Source: Acidimicrobiia bacterium (GTDB lineage: Bacteria; Actinomycetota; Acidimicrobiia; Spongiisociales; ZC4RG35). Taken from it: a stretch of 64,000 nt of DNA. The stretch covers positions 439 through 64,438 of the forward strand of contig CBDCBK010000007.1 of NCBI GenBank assembly GCA_965214265.1. Reading direction: 5' to 3'. Every line of letters begins with the position of its first letter. Within the stretch, counting starts at the first letter, position 1. The notes below the pieces were generated by a model that ran no database searches, was not told the DNA's origin, and saw only the letters and a program-made list of their open reading frames with translations. Made by a program: the position numbers and the translations under genes. This document shows positions 19,686-28,675 of the stretch, in pieces.

Positions 19686-20190
19686 CACCACTGTCCGGTT
19701 AAACTTTCAAGACGTTAGTGTAACAGGTTTAATTCCATCAGGTTACCAGTGGAAATGAGTGTTTTCGACTTTAACTCGCTCCAAGATTTCGGCCATACTT
19801 TCTCCGCTACCCAGAAGCGCATGGTCTTCTTGACCAACAACTTTACCCTTCCGGCCCTGACTATTGCCCATCTTTACAAGTGCCGCTGGCGTGTGGAGTT
19901 GTTCTTCAAATGGATCAAACAATATCTGCGGATCAAGGCTTTCTTTGGAACCTCCCAGAACGCGGTCAAGACCCAGATCTGGATCGCCATCAGCGTTTAC
20001 TTACTCGTGGTTATCCTCAAAAGGGAATTGAAAATCGACCGAAGTCTCGGCGAAATCCTGCAAATTCTCAGCATCACCTTCTTCGGAAAAGTCTCTATGG
20101 ATCAAGTACCTAAGAAATTCCATTTGCAACAAGAAGGTTCCGAATCCTGTAAGCAGTTGATATTGTTTGAGTTGTAACCGGACAGTAGTG
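19686..20190 (+). mobile_element. 505-bp internally deleted IS4-family element with both TIRs and a 9-bp target-site duplication.
   Basis: Left TIR 'CACCACTGTCCGGTTA' (19686-19701). Right TIR 'TAACCGGACAGTAGTG' (20175-20190), which pairs with the left TIR at 15 of 16 positions. It is flanked by direct 'ATGTCGGTT' at 19677-19685 and 20191-20199. Only the last ~140 aa of the transposase (19749-20177) remain. Confidence 0.75.
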
Positions 20191-20234
20191 ATGTCGGTTT
20201 AAAAAATTGATAATGTTGTTTCAACTCAAGAGCT

Positions 20235-20500
20235 CTAGCCCGCATTTCTCACCAGGGGGTTGCACTCTTCTCAAGAGTGCAACTTGGCGCAGGATTTTCC
20301 GCTTCAGCGCGTGCTCGTGACCGAAGGGCGTAGCCGGAACACCATTCGAGGGAGCACGTGCGCGCTGAAGCGGAAAAGACAAGCCAGGGCGCGCCCAGCA
20401 CCGTCTGTCCCCTGAAGACTCCAAACAAAGCGCCGCAAGATGTTAAAGACAAGCACGTTTCGACCTTATGCTCAGCGACCTGGTGAGAAATGCGGGCTAG
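20235..20500. mobile_element. MITE (266 bp), full copy.
   Basis: Termini are 'CTAG CCCGCATTTCTCACC' and 'GGTGAGAAATGCGGG CTAG'. There is an internal 11-bp stem 'GTTGCACTCTT ctc AAGAGTGCAAC' and a long imperfect hairpin 'CCGCTTCAGCGCG...CGCGCTGAAGCGG'. No ORF. Confidence 0.8.
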
Positions 20501-20976
20501 ATACGCATCAGAGAGCACCGGGGCCGGTCTTCGCCGCGATCCGATCCTTCGACAAAGAGAATGGACATGATCTCCATCGTGAATGGTAGATTGCGAAGCC
20601 TCCATCACGTCCTCCGGCCTGCGGCGGGCGCCGAGGGGAATGCGGTTCATCGTGGCGGTCACGGTCGTGCTGCTGTGGTCACTGCTCACGGCCACGGGAC
20701 AGGGCGTTGGCCTCTTTTCCGCAGTCGAGCCGGCGGCGCCGAGAAACCGGACGCCAGCAGGCGAGCGTGTCGACGGACCCGGCGCGGGTGGGTGTGGTCG
20801 GTCGACTTGGCAAACTTCTTGTCGAGTAGAAATTGCTCCAACGTGACTGGCACCCAGTGCGACTTAACACCCTACAGTCGGCGTCGAACACCGGTCTTCC
20901 CGCCAATGAGGCGGAAGTGTCTCGTCTTCCCTACAAAAGCAAAAGCCGACCTTCAACTCTAAACCAGGTTTTTCGG

Positions 20977-23900
20977 ATGATTCGTAGTGGGTCGGCCATT
21001 CTATTTGTGTTGAGCATCCTTGTTGCGTCGGTTGGCCCCGGGTTACGGGCGCAGACCTCCGGCGAGGAGACGATCGTCCGTGTCTTCTTCGACGATCTGC
21101 CGACCGGCAGACTCATTGCCGCGAGTTTGGAGCCGATCGAATCCAAGTACGAGAATGGCTACCTGGTGGTGGAGGTCACCGCCGAACAGCTTCAGCGCCT
21201 GCAACAGCGCGGGCTGAGAACGGAACCTGTCAGCGCACAAGAATTGTCGACGATACTTGCCCCACCCCGCGAGATCCGTTCAGCCCAGGCTCCAGAGCAG
21301 GCCACGGCGACGGAAGTGACCGGGATACCTGGTTTCTCATGCTACCGAACCGTCGAGGAGACGTTCGCCGCCGCCGATTCTATGGTTGCGGACAACCCAA
21401 CTTTGGCGAGCTGGGTTGATGTCGGTGATTCGTGGTTGAAGACCGACGCTCAGGGCGGCTATGACATGCGGGTCCTGGTCTTGACGAACCAGAACGTCTC
21501 GGGCACAAAGCCAAAGATGTTCGTCACTTCGTCGATTCACGCCAGAGAATACACGCCGGCGGAGCTGATGACCCGCTTCGCGGAGGACTTGGTCAGCAAA
21601 TACGGTGTCGCTGCCGATGCCACTTGGCTGCTTGACCACCACGAGGTCCACTTGATGCTGCTGGCTAACCCGGACGGCCGCAAACAAGCCGAGGCGGGCC
21701 TGTTGTGGCGCAAGAACGTCAATGAAAACTACTGCGAAGAGGAACCGAACAGTCGAGGCGCGGACCTCAACCGAAACTTCGATTTCATGTGGGACTGCTG
21801 CGATGGTTCGAGTGATGAGCCATGCAGCAATACCTACCACGGCGCTTCTGCGGCTTCGGAACCCGAGGTACTGTCCATCCAGAATTACATTCGGTCGATC
21901 TTTCCCGATCAGCGCGGACCGAATCTCACCGACCCCGCGCCTGATGATGCTACCGGCATCTACCTGGATATCCACAGCACCGGCCAATTGATACTTTACC
22001 CCTATGGGTTCACGGAGACACTGGCCCCCAACAATACACAGCTCCGAACGTTTGCCCGCAAGCTGGCTTTCTTCAATCTGCATACCCCGCAGCAGGCGCT
22101 CGATCTTTACCTCACCGACGGCACGGCAGAGGACTTCGGCTATGGAGGGATGGGCTTGGCGACGTTCACGTACGAGCTCGGCACCAAGTTTTTCGAAGAC
22201 TGCAGCTACTTCGAAGACACGCTGCTTCCGCGCAACATGCCATCGCTCTACTACGCAGCCAAGGTTGCGAGAACTCCCTATATGACGCCCTCGGGCCCCG
22301 ACGTTGTCGATGGCAGCCTCTCGCTGAGCGCGGGAGAATGGCCGTCCGTGGTCGCGGGGGGCACCTCAGTCACGCTCAGAGCCGCCCTGAGCGACAGCCA
22401 GTTCAACAACGACAACGGCGTCGAGCCCACGCAGCCTGTCGTATCCGCGGAGTACTACATCGACACTCCCCCGTGGGTCACGACTCCCGCTCCGGTACCG
22501 TTTACCATGGTGGATGTGGTGGACGCCCCGGGCGATCCGATTGACGGGGATGTTTATGAGGCGTCGATTGACACCACCGGCCTCAATGCCGGCCAGCACA
22601 TCCTTTTCGTGAGGGGGAAGGATTCAGGTCAGAATTGGGGAGCTTTCAGCGCAATCTTTCTGGGAATCGGGATACCGCCGCCACCACCTCCACCACCACC
22701 TCCGCCCCCGCCACCACCTCCGCCACCGCCGCGGGGAGGCGGCGGTGGTGGCCTGCTGTTTCCTCCGCAGGCGCCGCTGGGGCTGATGGCGATGCCCGGG
22801 GAGGGAGCGGTGCAGCTGGAGTGGAGTCCGCCCGAGAGCGACGGGGGCACCCCGATCCTGCGCTATGAGTACCGTTTGAAGGAGGGGAGAGGAGAGTTCG
22901 GCGAGTGGACCCCGATCGCAGACAGCGCTCCCGGCGAGGTCAACGCCTCGGGGTATACGGTCGGGGAGCTGGGAAACGGGACGGTCTATGTCTTTGAGCT
23001 GCGCGCGGTCAACCTGGTGGGCAACGGGCGGGAATCGGAGGCGGTGCAGGTGGTGATGTTGCTGGACCGGGCCTATTGGTCGAACTTCCGGGCGGAGGAT
23101 CTGCAGGGGATCGAGGCCAGTCTGGAGCGGGGGTCGTTTGGGGGAGGACCGCAGAGTCTGAGGCTGCGGTTTGGAGCGGGGCTGCGGTTTGAGGAGAGTG
23201 AGCTGGACGGGGAGGGGGAGGTGAGGGGACCCGGTCGGGGAGCTACGGGTACCGCTACACCAGCCGGACGACGGGGGAGTTGAGTCTGGACTACGACGGG
23301 GGGGAGAGCTGTGAGGTGCGGCTGACCTTCAGGGGAGAGGGAGCGGGCAGCTACAGTTTTCGCTGCGGCGGAAGATTGGGAGGACAGGGGAACTTCCGGA
23401 TGAGCGGGCTGAACCGGGCGCCGGAGATCACCAGAGCAGGGGCGTATGAGGTCGCGGAGAACACGGCGCGGGTAGGACGGATTGAGGCGGTGGACGGGGA
23501 CGATGAGATCGGGGGATACGGGATAGCGGGGGGAGCGGACGGGGCGCTGTTTGCGGTGGAGGCGGAGACGGGGGAGCTGCTGTTCCGGGAGGCGCCGGAC
23601 TACGAGACTCCGGGGGATGTGGAGAGTGACGATCCCCAGAGCGGAGCAGCAGACAACGAATACATCGTGGTGGTAGAGGTGAGGAGCGGAGAGGGGGAGA
23701 GGGAGCGGAAGGGGAGCCGTGCGATCCGGGTGCGGGTGAGTGACGAGGAGGAGTTGCCGGAGATCACCAGCCTGGGCCCGTTTGAGGTCGTGGAGAACCG
23801 GACGAGGGTGGGGCAACTGGAGGCGGTAGACCAGGACAAGCAGGACGAGATTACGGAGTATGGGATAGCCGGAGGAGCGGACGGGGGGCTGTTTGCGGTG

Positions 23901-26210
23901 GAGGAGACGGGGGAGCTGCTGTTCCGGGAGGCGCCGGACTACGAGACTCCGGGGGATGTAGCCAGTGACGACCCCCAGAGCGGAGCGGGGGACAACGAAT
24001 ACATTGTAGTGGTAGAGGTAGGGAGCGGTGAGGGGGAGAGGGAGCGGAAGGGGAGCCGTGCGATCCGGGTGCGGGTGGCTGACGAGGAGGAGCCGCCGGG
24101 GGCGCCGGGGGCGCCGGTGGTGACGGCGGAGGGCAGCGACAGTTTGAAGGTGAGCTGGAGAGAGCCGGAGAACCGAGGGCCTGAGATCGTGGACTATGAG
24201 GTGCGCTACCGGGAGGGTGGCGAGGCAGGTTACAGCGATGGGGGGCACGAGGGGACGGGTCTGGAGGTGAGGCTGTCGGGGCTGAAGGAGGGGACGGCCT
24301 ACCAGGTGCAGGTGAGGGCGGTCAACCAGGAGGGGATCAGTGAATGGTCGGAGCCGGGGGAAGGGAGGACGGACTCGGAGGAACCGGACCCGGACCCGGA
24401 CGATCCGTCGGACTTCACCGGGGAGGACCTGGAGGGCCGGCGGTTGACGTTGCGGAATACGGGTGAGGAGGGAAGCACCGGAAGCCTTGAGCTGCGGTTC
24501 GGCGAGGGCAACCGGTTCGAGCAGATCGAGTCGGTCGGAGAGCAAGCCGCCACCCGGAGCGAGGGGACCTCCCGATCGGGCAGTTACGCCTATCAATGGA
24601 CGGGCCCCCTTATGGGAAGGCTGAGTCTGACCTACGATGACGGGAGTTCCTGTGAAGTGTTATTTACCTTTACCGAGGCAAGAGCGGGCACCTTCGTCTA
24701 TGACTGCGGCAGGGACCCGGGGGAGGGCAGCTTCCGGCTGACGACGGGGTCTGTGTTCGTTCCGGTGATTCTGTCCGCGGCGGGACAGAACCAGTCCTTT
24801 TTCACCTCGGAGTTGACCCTGGCCAACCGGGGAGAGCGGGAGGAGAGGCTCGACTACCTCTACACGGCCCATATCGGTGGGGGCAGCGGGAGGGCCTCGG
24901 AGGTGCTGGCACCCGGCGTGCAGAAGACTGAGACCGACGCCCTGGGCCATTTGAGGGGCTTGGGGATACCGATTCCCGAAACGGGCAACCGGATCGGGAC
25001 GCTGTGGGTGGAGGTGCGTCTGGGGTCTGAGGTAGAGGCGGTGGTGCGGACGACGACGGCGGTGCCTGAGGGAAGGGCGGGGCTGGCCTACCTGGGAGTG
25101 GCGGAGGAAGAGGGCTTTACCGAGGCGGTCTATCTGTGCGGGCTGCGTCAGAACAGCCGGGACCGCTCCAACGTGGCCTTCCAGAACATGGGAGCAGAGG
25201 AAGAGGGTGCGATCACTGTGAGGACGACGGTGTATTCGGGAGAGTCGACAGACACCAATGCCCGAGTCCTGGAAGACGTGACGCTTGAGCCGGGAGAGTT
25301 TCACCAGTACTCGGGGCTGCTGGGAGTGCTGGAGAGCGTGGAGGGCAACCGCCAGGGCTACGTCAAGGTGGAGCGTGTGGAAGGAACCGCTCCCTTCTAC
25401 GCCTACGGGGTGATCAACGACCAGGCCAACTCGGACGGCTCGTTTGTCTTTCCGGTAGCGGCGAGTTGGCTGGAGGGAAGGATGGGGCAGACCCTGCCGG
25501 TGATTGTGGAGACGAGCGCGTTCACCAGCGAGCTGACGGTGACGAACTTCTCAGGGGAGGCCAGGAGGCTGGATTTCCAGTTTGTGGCCGAGGGAATCGA
25601 GGCTGCGGGCAACACCGCCGCCTTCAGCATGAGGCTGGAAGCCGGCCGGCAGGAGATCATTGCGGAGGTGGTGGAGGAGCTGCGCCAGCGGGGGGTAGCG
25701 GGGCTGGGGTCGACACGGGGCTTCTACGCGGGACCCTTGTTCGTGGTGGCGGAAGGCGGAGACATGAGCGGCATCGTGATCGGGGCCAGGACGGGATCGG
25801 AGGGAGGCGGCGGATCCTACAGCGTCTTCTACAACGCGGTGCCGGAGGGAGCGGCCTTCACCGGGGAGGCCTGGGTGGATGGGTTGCAGCAGGACGAGGA
25901 GAACCGCAGCAACCTGGCGCTGGTCAACACCGGGGAGGTGGACGGGAGCGCCAGCGTCTTCCATCTGGAGATCTACGACGGCGAGACAGGGTTGCTGGAG
26001 GAGACCGTCGTCACCAAGCCGATCCCGGCCCGCGGTTGGCATCAGATCAACGGCATTCTGGGCAGCTACGCTCCGGAGACCCGGCAGGGGTATATCCGGA
26101 TCGAGAAGATATCCGGGGAGAACCCCTTCCTGGCCTACGGAGTGGTCAACGACGGCGGCGCCCCGGGAGAGCGCAGCGGCGACGGAGCCTACCTGCCGGC
26201 CCGGGAGTAG
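20977..26210 (+). pseudogene. Copy C: secreted M14 zinc carboxypeptidase head fused to the shared stalk/C-terminal cassette. One frame break (ORFs 20833..23283 and 23280..26210).
   Basis: Signal peptide 'MIRSGSAILFVLSILVASVGPGLRAQ' from the ATG at 20977. M14 motifs 'SSIHAREYT', 'LLANPDGR', 'DLNRNF', 'YLDIHS'. From the Pro/Gly tract (22675-22752) onward it is colinear with copy B. The run GGGG at 23225-23228 is one G shorter than in copy B (GGGGG), which shifts the frame. This may be an indel error. Confidence 0.8.
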
Positions 26211-26237
26211 GGGGCTTACCGATTCAACTTCACGTCA

Positions 26238-26417
26238 GCCAGCCCGCATTCCTCACCGGGGGGTTGCACTCTTCTCAAGAGTGCAACTTGGCGCAGGAGT
26301 TTTTCCCTCAGCGCGTGCTTCTGTACCCGCAAGCCCTTTAAATGGGCCCAATCAAGGTACTGAAGATAAACTGCTTCTCATTATGTATCCAGCGACCCGG
26401 TGAGAAATACGGGCTAA
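26238..26417. mobile_element. MITE, short variant (~180 bp).
   Basis: 'CCAG CCCGCATTCCTCACC' on the left and 'GGTGAGAAATACGGG CTAA' on the right. It has the same 'GTTGCACTCTTCTCAAGAGTGCAAC' hairpin as the 20235 copy. The right arm of the inner hairpin is missing. Confidence 0.7.
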
Positions 26418-26606
26418 GTGCTGCCGCGGCTACGCCGCTCTATAAGGAAGCCTTGTAGGCGGCGTTTCGCCGGGTCACCCACTCCAACCGCGGCTTCACC
26501 GCTCTCCCCAAAAACACAACACTGCCGGGGGACAGGATTTTTAAATGATTGTTCCCCGGGCGCCAGCCCGGGGGTTCCAGTAAGCCGCGAATGCGGCGTC
26601 CGCACT
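26412..26606 (-). repeat. Interspersed ~190-bp repeat (family R4), copy 1.
   Basis: Its reverse complement aligns with 47591-47781 ('GACGCCGCATTC.CGGCTTACTGGAACCCCCGG..TGGCGCCCG...TTTTGGGGAGAGCGGT.(A/T)AGCCGCGGTTG...TAGAGCGGCG.AGCCGCG.CAGCACTT.GCC'). Confidence 0.6.
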
Positions 26607-26689
26607 TAGCCGTGGGCGTAAGCCCATGGAAAGCTCGGCGTTAGAGTTGAGCCGCGTAGGCGGCGGCAGCAATCATCCCTGGTGTTCGA

Positions 26690-28350
26690 TCTCAGGTAAG
26701 TCCGGCCCCCCGCCCCCCACGACGGGGCGGATCCGAGAGTGAAACAGGTTTTGTTTCCCGGCCCCCCCCCCACGACGGTGCGCATCACTCAGAGGGAAAA
26801 CAGCCGTTCGTCAATGAAGACGAACCACCAATGAACACGAATAGGCACGAGGACTGATGGACCTCCTTCAACGACAACTGGCGCCAAAATGCTTCTGCAC
26901 TTTTGTCCCGTTGGTGTGACCCTGTCATGGGAGGAAGCCCCCCCGGGAGCGCGGGCGTCCCGCCCGCACAAATCCTCCCGCAGCTTCGGCCATCTCCTCC
27001 ACCGGAATCAACCGGCAGCGGCGCCCTGCCTCTGCTTCGGCCGGGCCCATGCGGTTCCCGCCGGCAGGGCGGTCGGCTGCAACATCGCAGGGAAACTGAG
27101 CGGCAACCGAAGGGACAGCATGCGGGCGGGACGCCCGCGCTCCCGGGGGTGTCGTCCCGATGGTGAGGTGGGGGGTATCCGGCGGGCGACTTCTCTGAAA
27201 GCCGGCCTGTCCCCTTTGGGAGACTCCCGTTTGCCTGCGAGCCGGGCGCCCGCCCCCCGCGACTGGGCAGATCCATCGAGAAGGACTATAAATTGAACAT
27301 CGATGCACAGGATGCACAGGATAATCAGGACGGGAGGCTGCTGCAGGAGACGCGGACTCGGGCGATGATCGCGTGCGGATTTGAGGATGTCCGGGAACAC
27401 AAGCCAGCCGTCTCCGGAAAAAATCCTGTGCATCCTGTGCATCGATGTGAATCAAAAATCTACCCATGCTTGACTATGAACCGGTTTCCAGCCACCAGGC
27501 GCAGGCGTTTGTTTCAGGCAAGTCGGGCCCCCGCCCCCCACGACGGGGCGGATCATTCGAGAGTGAAACAGGTTTTGTTTCAAATAAGTCCGCCCCCCCC
27601 CCCACGACGGTGCGCATCACTCAGAGGGAAAACAGCCGTTCGTCAATGAAGACGAACCACCAATGAACACGAATAGGCACGAGGACTGATGGACCTCCTT
27701 CAACGACAACTAGCGCCAAAATGCTTCGGCACTTTTGTCCCGTTGGTGTGACCATGTCATGGGAGGAAGCCCCCCCGGGAGCGCGGGCGTCCCGCCCGCA
27801 CAAATCCTCCCGCGGCTTCAGCCATCTCCTCCACCGGAATCAACCGGCAGCGGCGCCCTGCCTCTGCTTCGGCCGGGCTCATGCGGTTCCCGCCGGCAGG
27901 GCGGTCGGCTGCAACATCGCAGGGAAACTGAGCGGCAACCGAAGGGACAGCATGCGGGCGGGACGCCCGCGCTCCCGGGGGTGTCGTCCCGATGGTGAGG
28001 TGGGGGTATCGGGCGGGCGACTTCTCTGAAAGCCGGCCTGTCCCCTTTGGGAAACTCCCGTTTGCCTGCGAGCCGGGCGCCCGCCCCCCGCGACTGGGCA
28101 GATCCATCGAGAAGGACTATAAATTGAACATCGATGCACAGGATACACAGGATAATCAGGACCGGAGGCTGCTGCAGGAGACGCTAACTCGGGCGATGAT
28201 CGCGTGCGGATTTGAGGATGTCCGGGAACACAAGCCAGCCGTCTCCGGAAAAAATCCTGTGCATCCTGTGCATCGATGTGAATCAAAAATCTACCCATGC
28301 TTGACTATGAACCGGTTTCCAGCCACCAGGCGCAGGCGTTTGTTTCAGGC
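26690..28350 (+). repeat. Two tandem copies of a composite ~822-832-bp non-coding unit made of nested long hairpin modules.
   Basis: 26771 aligns with 27603 (period 832). Each unit has a 29-bp perfect inverted repeat (26940-26968 / 27121-27149; 27772-27800 / 27953-27981). Unit A also has a 26-bp perfect inverted repeat (27297-27322 / 27423-27448), which carries one mismatch in unit B. ORFs here are low-complexity hairpin shadows. Confidence 0.8.
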
Positions 28351-28351
28351 A

Positions 28352-28471
28352 AGCGAGGGCTCACCCAGCGCAGTCTGTACCCTGAAGGCTCTCCCAAAAA
28401 GCGCTTCAAGATGCTAAAAACAAACACTTTCCCAGGCGACACCCAGCGACAGGGTGAGAACTTCGGGTTAG
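28352..28471. mobile_element. Degenerate MITE right half.
   Basis: Aligns with 20390-20500 with many substitutions. It ends 'GGTGAGAACTTCGGG TTAG'. Confidence 0.55.
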
Positions 28472-28675
28472 AGCGTTGTTGGGAAGGGGACTATACGCGG
28501 AGGTCGCAGGGGCGGCTGAGCTGGAGGCCGGGCTGGCGCCCGGAGACTGTCTTTAAAAAATCCTCTCCTCCTGCCCTGTCGTGGTTTCAGGAAAAGCGGC
28601 GAAGCGGCGGTCGGCACCTGCTCCCAGCGGCCTCCGATCACGGTGGCCCCGCCAGATGAATTCTCCGGGACACAA

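Noticed and set aside
1-26210. A diversity-generating retroelement (template/variable repeat) as an explanation for divergence among cassette copies.
   Set aside because: The window contains no reverse transcriptase gene. Differences between copies involve all four bases and indels, not adenine-specific substitutions in a short VR.
26690-28350. A possible CRISPR array.
   Set aside because: The repeat period is ~830 bp (and 492 or 302 bp at the other arrays). There are no short direct repeats alternating with unique spacers, and no cas genes in the window.
26785-28417. ORFs inside the composite repeats that look conserved, e.g. the 135-aa 'MLL(H/Q)FC..GVT.SW(E/D)E' ORFs at 26889..27296 and 36410..36817, and 'CGRDARAPG...' peptides.
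   Set aside because: The peptides are translations of hairpin arms ('PGARASRP' and 'MRAGRPRS' are the two arms of one stem). They are low complexity and are readable on both strands. The apparent conservation follows from DNA repeat conservation.
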